DNA of 64,000 bases from Dehalococcoidales bacterium (lineage in GTDB: Bacteria > Chloroflexota > Dehalococcoidia > Dehalococcoidales > RBG-16-60-22), in contig DAOUCO010000116.1 in assembly GCA_034432135.1 (NCBI GenBank), positions 2,310 to 66,309 on the forward strand. Reading direction: 5' to 3'. The notes under the pieces are model-generated. The model saw nothing but the letters and a program-made list of their open reading frames with translations. It made no database searches and was not told where the DNA came from. Every line of letters starts with the position of its first letter. The stretch's first letter is position 1. The translations under genes were made by a program, and so were the position numbers. Positions 37,182 through 45,365 of the stretch are shown here, in pieces.

Positions 37182-40013
37182 ATGCTACTGAACGTCATTG
37201 AGGCTGCTAAAAGACTTGGTGTTTCCCCTACGACTATCAGACGAAAGCTAAACGATGACCGGTTTGGCGGTCATGCTGTGCGTGTCGGACAACGCTGGAA
37301 GATACCGGAGGATGTGCTTTACACCTATGAGGAAAAACCAGCGGAGGAAGTATCGGGGCCTCACTGGATGAGTCGTCCAGATGAAGGAGGCGTCTGGGAG
37401 ATAGTAAAGGAGACTCAGATACGCTCGTACGTCGAACGTCTAGTTGCAGAGTTGAAGCCGGATTTTATAATAGTCGGAGTACGGAAGGGCGAGCGAATCT
37501 TCACCATTCTAAAACTGATACCACGAGAGTATCGAGAAAGAGTATTTCACCTCGAATATTTCCAACTGATGCCCAAAGACGAGTTGCAAGAATTACTTGA
37601 GAATAAGACCGTGCTCCTCCTTGATGACACAATGCAGCGTGGTAGAGGCCTAAGACATGTCCGTGAGTGGTTAGAACGACAATTGAGAGGAAGAATTAAA
37701 GTTTATGTAGCCTGTTTATTTCTTAGACTTGCAATGAGGAATGAGGGGAAGGTAGAAATTCCTGACGTAATGGTTTATCAAGAACTGGATGAGCCAACAT
37801 ACCGCTTGGCCACGGCCGAATTGTCATGTTACCACCGATATCTTTGGCCGTTGGACGAGAACCATCCTATGGTATGGGCTGAAATGCCTGGCACCATTCC
37901 GGATGAGCGAATGGCCGTAACTCTTAGCAAGTTGGGCAGATTGCTCGAAATGCCTGCACCGGTGCAGGACCAAAACATTCGAATGTTGGTTGTCGACTTG
38001 GTTACGACTCCAACATGGCAAAGCCTAGGCCTTCCCAGAACTGCACATGAGTGGCAGAACAAGAAGTTGCGATTTATTTGGGATAAAGAGGCAGGTCGCT
38101 TACTGATTGCAGGCATCTGGTTCCCAACACTGAAAGCTACAGCTCGATGGATATCGACTTATCAGACCTCAACCAGCGACCCTTGGTACTCTTATATGAG
38201 TACTCAGGATACGGCGACGTGGCAACGACTTGACTTGGAACAAAAAGCCCTTTCTTTGTTCAACGCTTGGGCTATCTATTGTGGCACTAAGCTAATTTGC
38301 AGGGCAATTACAGAGCTACTGGTCAACTTTCCGCAAGAGGTTCCACGTGACATCAGGAAATGGAACATAGAAGAAGAAGATTTTATCAGGTCATTTGGTA
38401 AGCGATGCGCAGAACGTATAAAGGCTGCAATCCAGTCTGAAATACAAAAAACTTTGGAATTCAACACTCAAACGAGAGTCATGGGGCCAGAATTACCACT
38501 GCAGACTCCTAAGAGTTTGCCTATGATGCAAAAAGCACTCACAATTCATGACCATGTTCGACCCCTAGTAGAGCTGTTCAAGCGATTAGTGAAAGAGACA
38601 GAAAACGAAGAGGATTCTGACTTCCAAGGAGTTAGTTATGAATATCTAAGAAGGGAATTAGGCGAAGAAACTAGCTTTATTCTTGACCTCGCGCTTGATT
38701 ATGGGTTCGCCAAACCAAGCAATCTCATATCCACTGAAGGCAATCTTATAACTGTGCAGAGAGTATATAAGGACACAGAGAATAAAGCAGATGAAAACAC
38801 CAGAGCTTCTAATGCAGCCCAGTTGGACGAACAGCGCCTTTTCTCTGCAACTGACCTCCTTTGTCACACTTACGAGAAATGTAACCCTGGCGACTCACTT
38901 CTTACACTAATTTTCCATAAATTATGTGTAAATGTTCAGGCTAACTTGGCGAAGGGGGACATAAATCCTAGCGAAAGGAGTGGCATAAATCACATATTTG
39001 TTAGAGAGGTTGCGAGGGAATTTGGCCCAATGGCATATACCCCAGCCACTCTTACCCCAACGACTACAATATCCGTGGTCTCATTTCTTTACGATAAAGG
39101 CAAAATAAAGAATCCGCTCAGTGAACAAACACAGTCGTCTCCAATAGTGCTAGTACGGCCAACTCGGTTGGAGCAGGCGCTAATATCCTTCCAAGAGGCA
39201 TGGTCACCTGATGAGGAGAAAGTTAGCAAAGATGTTCGCCTCCTTTGCGAATTGAATGCTAAGGGGACACTTGGACAGGGAAATCCCACTAAGGGGAATC
39301 TTCTCACTGCTTTGGCGGCTTGTTCTTCGGAAAGGCGTTATGTATACTACGGTTTTAACCTTGTGAGAATCTGGAGTTCCAGTGCTAGTATGGTCATGAA
39401 TCGCCTTGAGGAGCAGATAACAAACAAAAGTACCGAAGCCAAGATTGAGCAGGACATCATTCGAATGCTCCGTACAGGTGCCTCTCTAAGCGACAAAACG
39501 AAATGGTATCGAACGTTGTCTAACTGGCGGACGAGCATTGAAAAAGTCCCTATAGAGCCTGACCTTTTGATGGCAAAACAACGTCTTCTGAGCAGAATAG
39601 AGCATGCGCCAAATTTGGAACGGGGAAGCGCAGCTCGTTTTGTTATGGATATCGAGCCGCCCATACGTTTAGTAGGTACACTGCTGAGATATGCTGCGAC
39701 GCAAGCCGGTCTTCTCGCTGATACCCGGTGGGCAAAGAAGCCTGAAGGGGTACGCGTGCGCGATGGGTTTGAACCTATGAATGTAGATGCCGAGCCTCGC
39801 AATTTTGCGGAAGTATGTGTTGCATTGCGCGTACAAGGACCGGTGGAAATTGAGAAGGCATGTGAGGCTCTTGACCGACTCGCTTCTCTTGGCGATAAGG
39901 ATGAGATTAATACTGGTGCGCTTGGTGACCTTAAACAAGTCTGGAATACGCTCCAAGGTGTCATAGATTCCACGGAGAAGAGCTTACAAAAGAGAGGATA
40001 CAAACTGCAATAA
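37182..40013 (+). CDS. Large multidomain protein: excisionase/MerR-type HTH, PRTase-like domain, and ~740 aa of unassigned sequence
   Basis: The N-terminus IEAAKRLGVSPTTIRRKL...VRVGQRWKIPEDVL is an excisionase-family HTH. Residues ~95-190 have a type-I PRTase-like core (FIIVGVRKGERIF...KTVLLLDDTMQRGRGL, nt 37611-37652). No motif was recognised in the remainder. Confidence 0.7.
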   Translation: MLLNVIEAAKRLGVSPTTIRRKLNDDRFGGHAVRVGQRWKIPEDVLYTYEEKPAEEVSGPHWMSRPDEGGVWEIVKETQIRSYVERLVAELKPDFIIVGVRKGERIFTILKLIPREYRERVFHLEYFQLMPKDELQELLENKTVLLLDDTMQRGRGLRHVREWLERQLRGRIKVYVACLFLRLAMRNEGKVEIPDVMVYQELDEPTYRLATAELSCYHRYLWPLDENHPMVWAEMPGTIPDERMAVTLSKLGRLLEMPAPVQDQNIRMLVVDLVTTPTWQSLGLPRTAHEWQNKKLRFIWDKEAGRLLIAGIWFPTLKATARWISTYQTSTSDPWYSYMSTQDTATWQRLDLEQKALSLFNAWAIYCGTKLICRAITELLVNFPQEVPRDIRKWNIEEEDFIRSFGKRCAERIKAAIQSEIQKTLEFNTQTRVMGPELPLQTPKSLPMMQKALTIHDHVRPLVELFKRLVKETENEEDSDFQGVSYEYLRRELGEETSFILDLALDYGFAKPSNLISTEGNLITVQRVYKDTENKADENTRASNAAQLDEQRLFSATDLLCHTYEKCNPGDSLLTLIFHKLCVNVQANLAKGDINPSERSGINHIFVREVAREFGPMAYTPATLTPTTTISVVSFLYDKGKIKNPLSEQTQSSPIVLVRPTRLEQALISFQEAWSPDEEKVSKDVRLLCELNAKGTLGQGNPTKGNLLTALAACSSERRYVYYGFNLVRIWSSSASMVMNRLEEQITNKSTEAKIEQDIIRMLRTGASLSDKTKWYRTLSNWRTSIEKVPIEPDLLMAKQRLLSRIEHAPNLERGSAARFVMDIEPPIRLVGTLLRYAATQAGLLADTRWAKKPEGVRVRDGFEPMNVDAEPRNFAEVCVALRVQGPVEIEKACEALDRLASLGDKDEINTGALGDLKQVWNTLQGVIDSTEKSLQKRGYKLQ

Positions 40014-41056
40014 TGGCGCAGTATATTGCCTTTGGAAGCTATAAGAAGTTTGAATCTTGGTTGGAAGTAAGTTTGAAAGTTGGCTTTGTTCAGGCGGATA
40101 GGATGGTGCAAGCCTTCCTACAAAGTAGTCTGTCATCTTTCGTCCAGGCATTGAAGCTAACGTCAGATGAAGAAGCAGTACTGGAAGATGGTGGGATAAT
40201 ACTTCGGAGTTCCAATATAGAAAGACTACTTGATATTATCGACGCTTTCCGATATAAGGTACCTGTCTCTACTATATTCAGATTTGCTTCATGGGGCATC
40301 TCTATTGAACAGCCGGAGGAAGCCAAGAAGTCAGCGCTTTACACTGACCTTCCCGATAGCGTTGTTGTGGCTAGTGCAACGGTACCTCTTCCTGCTGGCG
40401 TGACTCGCTCAAACATTAGCCTTGCTGGGAGAATGGTACCGTCTGAGCTGACCTATGTATATTCTAAAAGTGATTCCGGCCGGGCGAGAGTGAACACTTG
40501 CTGTGATGATATAGAACTGAATAAGGCAACCGCTTTTGGGGATATTGGTGGATTTAAAGACTGGCTTTTAGCACGCTCAGAATTGCCAAAAGAAATAAGA
40601 GACAAAGTACCTACCAGATTAGCTAATTCGTTACTTTCACTTATTGAGGACGGGAGTGATAGAACTCAGAAAGTGTTACGCCCAGAGAGGTCACTTGGCA
40701 TTGGCACCGACGGAGTTTATCTAACTTCAAGCAGTCATGACTCGTTGTTGCGATTGATTATCTGGGTACAGTGTTCGCTTGCCTGTGAAGGAGTCGCTTT
40801 GAGCGTCTGGGGTTTGAACTCAGGACATCCTCAATACAATAGAAAGCGCCAGCCGAGTGGAGATGATTATTTCAGGCTGCTCGAGATGGTGAAAGGAAAA
40901 ATAAACGGTGATATAGTCGTGACAGAAAGCTTCATACAGCATCTTACACGACCCGAATTATCAAACTTAATTACCTCGCAGCCTGTCGGCGAAGAGGGAA
41001 TTCATAGAGTTCTCTGGTGGGAGTATCCCTTTAGGGTAGCTGCAAGAGGATGTTAG
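40013..41056 (+). CDS. Hypothetical protein (347 aa), translationally coupled to the upstream gene
   Basis: The start ATG overlaps the upstream TAA (caaTAATGg). No recognisable motif. Confidence 0.6.
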   Translation: MAQYIAFGSYKKFESWLEVSLKVGFVQADRMVQAFLQSSLSSFVQALKLTSDEEAVLEDGGIILRSSNIERLLDIIDAFRYKVPVSTIFRFASWGISIEQPEEAKKSALYTDLPDSVVVASATVPLPAGVTRSNISLAGRMVPSELTYVYSKSDSGRARVNTCCDDIELNKATAFGDIGGFKDWLLARSELPKEIRDKVPTRLANSLLSLIEDGSDRTQKVLRPERSLGIGTDGVYLTSSSHDSLLRLIIWVQCSLACEGVALSVWGLNSGHPQYNRKRQPSGDDYFRLLEMVKGKINGDIVVTESFIQHLTRPELSNLITSQPVGEEGIHRVLWWEYPFRVAARGC

Positions 41057-41113
41057 TAAGCCGTTATTATTAAACTGTGACGCGTATCAGAGGGGAGGGA
41101 CGACACGGAATCA

Positions 41114-41863
41114 GTGTACCAGCGAATCATTGTGGCTCTGGATGTCGATTCTGAGAAAGAAGCGATGAGTCTGGTGACAGAGCTCAAGGAGCATGTGGGT
41201 ATCTTCAAAGTGGGTTTGGAACTACTCAATTCTGAGGGTATCAATATAGTTAGGCGGATAAACGAATTGGGCGGGAAGGTATTTCTTGATGCAAAATTCA
41301 AAGATATACCAAACACTGTCGCAGGTGCGTCTCGAGCTGTAACACGGTTGGGAGTCAAGATGTTCAATGTTCATGCTATGGGTGGCCTGGAGATGATGAA
41401 GGCAGCGGTAGTGGCCGCACGCCAAGAAGCATCCAAATTAAGAATCGATTGCCCTCTAATTCTTGGTGTCACTGTTCTCACGAGCATCGACCAAAGAACG
41501 CTAAACGAACAACTCAGAATTCCGGGGAGCGTTCAGGAGCAAGTTGTTCACCTAACTTCTCTTATAATGGAAGCAGGTCTCGATGGCGTAATATGTTCGC
41601 CGCAAGAAATCGAGAGTGTCCTTGCAGCCACGTCTGGAAGATTGCAAGTAGTTACACCCGGAGTTCGACCGCAATGGGCTGCTTTGCAGGACCAAAAGCG
41701 CGTTTTGACACCAGCCGAGGCAATCATCAAAGGTGCTTCCTATCTCGTAATAGGCCGACCTATTATTAGACCACCTAAGGAAATCGGAACGCCTGTTGAA
41801 GCAGCAAAAAAGGTCGAAGAAGAAATTGTGAATGCATTGCACATAAAAGGAGCCCGAAGATGA
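41114..41863 (+). CDS. pyrF: Orotidine-5'-phosphate decarboxylase (type 1)
   Basis: Has IIVALDV, the catalytic FLDAKFKDIPNTV (D-K-x-x-D), VTPGVRP and LVIGRPI motifs. GTG start after GAGGGGAGGGA. Confidence 0.85.
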   Translation: MYQRIIVALDVDSEKEAMSLVTELKEHVGIFKVGLELLNSEGINIVRRINELGGKVFLDAKFKDIPNTVAGASRAVTRLGVKMFNVHAMGGLEMMKAAVVAARQEASKLRIDCPLILGVTVLTSIDQRTLNEQLRIPGSVQEQVVHLTSLIMEAGLDGVICSPQEIESVLAATSGRLQVVTPGVRPQWAALQDQKRVLTPAEAIIKGASYLVIGRPIIRPPKEIGTPVEAAKKVEEEIVNALHIKGARR

Positions 41864-42486
41864 TGACAGATAGACAGAAGACACTGGCCCTCCAGCTATT
41901 CGAGATAGGGGCAGTGAAATTCGGTGCCTTCAAGTTGAAGCTGCATGAAAAGAATCCTGATGCTCCGCCATCTCCCATCTATATCGATTTGCGCATAGTC
42001 AGGTCATTTCCTGATGTCATGGACTCAGTTGTTGAAATGTATATGGAATTAACGCGGGGACTACAGTTTGACTTGTTAGCTGATGTTCCGACGGCCGCTA
42101 CTCCAATCGTAGCCATACTCTCATACAAATTGAGAGCTCCAATGATTTCACCACGTAAGGAAGAAAAAAAACATGGGATTAAGAGACCGATTGATGGTCA
42201 GTTCAAAGCTGGGCAAATTGCTCTCCTAGTCGATGACCTTATTACACTAGCAGAAAGTAAGCTAGAAGCTATTTCGGTTCTTGAAGAGAACGACATTATA
42301 GTTCGTGATGTATTGGTGCTACTTGACCGCGAACAAGGGGGAGTTGATGAGCTTAATCAAAAAGGGTACAAGTGTCATCTTGCTCTTAAGTTAAAAGAAT
42401 TGCTGAAGTTTTATCTGGATTCCGAGAAAATATCTCGGGCGAAATATGACGAAACGCTTACTTATTTGGCAAAGTCACAGACCTAA
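41860..42486 (+). CDS. pyrE: Orotate phosphoribosyltransferase-like protein (atypical PRPP loop)
   Basis: Strongly resembles UMPS-type OPRTase (SPIYIDLR, flexible loop PRKEEKKHGIKRPIDG, VLLDREQGG). However, the PRPP motif reads LLVDDLITLAESK instead of DD-V-x-T-[AS]-G-[TS], and the N-terminal loop has an insertion (KLHEKNPDAPPSP). It overlaps pyrF by 4 nt. Confidence 0.7.
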   Translation: MMTDRQKTLALQLFEIGAVKFGAFKLKLHEKNPDAPPSPIYIDLRIVRSFPDVMDSVVEMYMELTRGLQFDLLADVPTAATPIVAILSYKLRAPMISPRKEEKKHGIKRPIDGQFKAGQIALLVDDLITLAESKLEAISVLEENDIIVRDVLVLLDREQGGVDELNQKGYKCHLALKLKELLKFYLDSEKISRAKYDETLTYLAKSQT

Positions 42487-42855
42487 GTGCGCCACTCAAC
42501 CACGGATAGGCTAGCAGGTGCCCAACGACTAGCAGATGAGATAGTTTAGTTTAGTTATGCGAGCGTTCATGATTCTCGCTGGTTTGGTTGGAATTATTCT
42601 ATCGATTCCGGATAAGACATAGCATTTGCTGCACTGCCGGAATCAGATGTTTCTTCTCAAACAGGAGTTCGGGAACTGTCCCCCAAGGCCCACTAAAGGG
42701 GACGATACCTAGAACCTTTCGCAATCGTTGCCGTCTATCTTCAGAGAGAGTTTTCCCCTCTATTTATTTTTTATTTGTGTTCGGATGGGACACGGCCATC
42801 AGCTCCGGTTTATAGATAGGGGAGCACCGAAAACTCAACTAATAAAGCTTATAAA

Positions 42856-42912
42856 TTTGACAGAGGGAAATCCTTATGATAATATATGCATATATGCAGT
42901 AATATGCATATA
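42856..42912 (+). promoter_or_regulatory. ars operon promoter with tandem palindromic operator
   Basis: TTGACA (42856-42861), 17 nt, TAATAT (42879-42884). Two copies of the 12-bp palindrome ATATGCATATAT lie at 42883-42894 and 42901-42912, 18 bp centre to centre, just upstream of AGGAGG and the arsR ATG. Confidence 0.6.
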
Positions 42913-42928
42913 TTCTTAGGAGGCTTCT

Positions 42929-43309
42929 ATGAAAGACTTGGTTAAGGTCTATAAGGTACTATCCGATGAGTCGAGGCTTAGAATGTTGAATCTTCTTCTG
43001 GAGAGATCTTGTTGTGTCTGCGAGGTGATGCAGGCGTTAGACATCTCGCAATCGAAGGCATCCCGCGGCTTAAGTGCCCTGTATGACGCTGGTATTCTCA
43101 AGCTGCATAAGGAAGGGCTATGGTCGCTCTATTCCATCGATTGGGACGGCATGGAGAAGAATCTCAAGGCTATCGTGGAAGCAACCACCTGGTCTTTTCA
43201 AGAGAATAAAATAATGGCTGCCGACCGTGAGCTCCTGCGGAAGGTAGAGAGGGTGGGGCCCGGTTGCGTTAAAAAAACCTATGGCGAAAAGAATGCCGTA
43301 ACTATCTAA
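42929..43309 (+). CDS. arsR: ArsR/SmtB family metalloregulator
   Basis: LSDESRLRMLNLLLERSCCVCEVMQALDISQSKASRGL is a winged HTH with the CVC As(III)-binding-type motif. Confidence 0.85.
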   Translation: MKDLVKVYKVLSDESRLRMLNLLLERSCCVCEVMQALDISQSKASRGLSALYDAGILKLHKEGLWSLYSIDWDGMEKNLKAIVEATTWSFQENKIMAADRELLRKVERVGPGCVKKTYGEKNAVTI

Positions 43310-43338
43310 TTCTACCCGTTATAAGAGGATAACAATAT

Positions 43339-44376
43339 ATGTCTTATTTCGTAGAATTACTCCAGGGCGGGTGGAATGGACTGCTTTCTTATCTATCAGC
43401 TCATGTTGTAACCTGTCTGGTACCGGCGTTATTCATTGCTGGAGCTATCGCGGCGTTCGTTTCACAAGCGGCGATTCTTAAGTATTTTGGCCCTCAAGCG
43501 AAAAAGTGGCTGTCTTACAGTGTAGCTTCTGTATCGGGCGCGGTGTTAGCTGTTTGCTCCTGCACGGTGCTGCCGCTATTCGCCGGGATTTATAAAAAAG
43601 GCGCCGGACTCGGTCCGGCAATTGCCTTCCTTTTCGCTGGGCCGGCAATCAATATTCTTGCCATTGTTTATTCAGCCAATCTGCTGGGTTATGATATCGG
43701 AATAGGCCGTGCTATTGGCGCTATCGTATTCTCGGTTGTCGTCGGGTTGATTATGGCGCTTATCTACCGTAAAGATAAATCCAAAGCCGATGCCAAGGCT
43801 TTCGCCATGCTCGCCGCCGACCCAGCCGGTAAAAGCATCTGGCAGCAGATTCTTTTTATCGGGTCTCTGGTGGGTGTACTAATCTTCGCCGCTTCTAAGA
43901 ACTGGATTGTAATGGGTGTCTTCCTAGCAGCTATAGCGGTAATCCTATGGCGCTGGTTTACTAAAGGTGAAATAGTGCAATGGCTGAAAGAGACGTTGCA
44001 CTTTACCCGCCTGATTATACCCTGGCTGCTGCTAGGCGTGTTCGTCGCCGGTATCCTGACTGTAGTTATCCCGCCGGACGTGGTGGCAAAATATGTAGGC
44101 GGCAACAGTCTCTTAGCCAATTTCATTGCTTCATTTGCGGGCGCTTTGATGTATTTTGCTACCCTTACCGAAGTGCCCATTGTAAAAGCTTTCATGGAAT
44201 TGGGGATGGGCAAAGGTCCGGCGCTAGCGCTGTTATTGGCTGGCCCAGCTCTTTCGCTACCGGCAATGTTCACTCTTACGAAAATTATGGGATTCAAGAA
44301 AATGATTACCTTTATCGGGGTTGTGGTGATAATGGCGACAATAACAGGCTATATTTTCGGGCTGATAACTGGATAG
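43339..44376 (+). CDS. COG0701-type permease (ArsP-like)
   Basis: 345 aa, multi-TM, with a CSC motif in TM (LAVCSCTVLPLFAG). Typical partner of arsR and a small thioredoxin-like protein. Confidence 0.7.
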   Translation: MSYFVELLQGGWNGLLSYLSAHVVTCLVPALFIAGAIAAFVSQAAILKYFGPQAKKWLSYSVASVSGAVLAVCSCTVLPLFAGIYKKGAGLGPAIAFLFAGPAINILAIVYSANLLGYDIGIGRAIGAIVFSVVVGLIMALIYRKDKSKADAKAFAMLAADPAGKSIWQQILFIGSLVGVLIFAASKNWIVMGVFLAAIAVILWRWFTKGEIVQWLKETLHFTRLIIPWLLLGVFVAGILTVVIPPDVVAKYVGGNSLLANFIASFAGALMYFATLTEVPIVKAFMELGMGKGPALALLLAGPALSLPAMFTLTKIMGFKKMITFIGVVVIMATITGYIFGLITG

Positions 44377-44397
44377 AAAAATATATGGAGGTAGAAA

Positions 44398-44643
44398 ATG
44401 AAAATCAAAATATTAGGGACGGGATGTGCGAAATGCCAGGCACTCGAAAAGACTGTAAATGAAGTGGTTAAAGAGCTTGGCATCGACGCAGAAATCGAGC
44501 ACGTACGGGACATCAAAAAGATTATGGAATACCCTATCCTGACCACGCCGGGATTGGTGATTGATGAGAGTCTGATCTGCTCCGGGCGGGTGCCCACCAA
44601 TGCGGAGGTCACCACTTTCATTACCACAGCTCTGGATAAATAG
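44398..44643 (+). CDS. Thioredoxin-fold redox-active disulfide protein (TIGR00412-like)
   Basis: [17 protein letters not shown] carries a CxxC motif. 81 aa. Confidence 0.8.
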   Translation: MKIKILGTGCAKCQALEKTVNEVVKELGIDAEIEHVRDIKKIMEYPILTTPGLVIDESLICSGRVPTNAEVTTFITTALDK

Positions 44644-44649
44644 GAGGTA

Positions 44650-44988
44650 ATGGATAAAATGCTTAAAAAGCGGCTGGTAAAATCACCATTTGAAGATTAT
44701 AAAGTAACTTTTATTCCCGGCAAGGGCGGCTGAGAGTGAGCAGGCGGGGGACCGACGCGTGCCGTCGTCAAATTAAAAAAAGATATAAGCGGTACTATGC
44801 CAATTATTGCCGGGTTGATAAGCACTGCTGCGTTTAATCCGGATATACCAATAGTGTCCTTCAGGCATAATAACTGGCGGGTAATATTAAACAAGCGTGA
44901 AGTAACGGTTAAAGATATCGTCAAGGAAGCAGATGCGGCAGAATTGATGAAATATCTCAAGGATTTAGTCGAAAAGGGTAATAAATAG
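44650..44988 (+). other. 113-codon reading frame interrupted by TGA-GAG-TGA (candidate selenoprotein or disrupted gene)
   Basis: AGGAGG directly precedes ATG 44650 (second ATG at 44659). The frame is open to 44988 except for TGA at 44731-44733 and 44737-44739. Track ORF 44797..44988 is the in-frame 3' part and has no SD of its own. Confidence 0.35.
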
Positions 44989-45014
44989 AATGTCTAAAGT
45001 GAGGACTTACTGAT

Positions 45015-45296
45015 ATGGCGGAAGAACAACAATTGAAAGCGGGTGTTAATACCCACGAGAATGTGATTTTTACCTGTTACGGTGGAGCTTCTAACACGGG
45101 AATAACCAGCGGGCTGGCTGCTCTGGAAGCGGTCAAGGAGCTGGGATTGAAAAAGGCGGCTATCATGTGCCTAGCGGGGTTGCCAACCAATGTGAAGACA
45201 GTCCTCGGGAAGACCAGAGCGACGAAAAAGAAGCCCTTAAATTTATTAAAAAGTCTCTTTACGAACGTATTTTACATTCCCAGCAGGGCAGGCTGA
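45015..45296 (+). pseudogene. DGC-domain-like protein, N-terminal part only (probable frameshift or truncation)
   Basis: VIFTCYGGASNTGITSGLAALEAV...AIMCLAGL matches the start of DGC-domain proteins. The eponymous D-G-C region is absent and the ORF tail looks out of frame; an alternative frame is open at 45167..45352. Confidence 0.4.
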
Positions 45297-45365
45297 AATC
45301 ACATCTGGATGCCGCCAATCCGGTGGAAGGGTTTATCCAGCGTACAAAATAATAATTCAGGAGTA

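Noticed and set aside
38976-39606. HEPN-like Rx4-6H motifs in the 943-aa protein (RSGINH at about 38976-38993, RLLSRIEH at about 39581-39606)
   Set aside because: Such short motifs occur by chance in a 943-aa protein. There is no surrounding helical-pair signature I can verify without a profile search, so this is mentioned only as a lead.
42588-42815. Track ORFs 42588..42815 and 42728..42919, plus a minus-strand 41-54-codon frame (…RKVLGIVPFSGPWGTVPELLFEKKHLIPAVQQ…), in the pyrE-arsR spacer
   Set aside because: None has a credible start or SD, a motif, or protein-like composition. They may be a degraded remnant, but this is unsupported.
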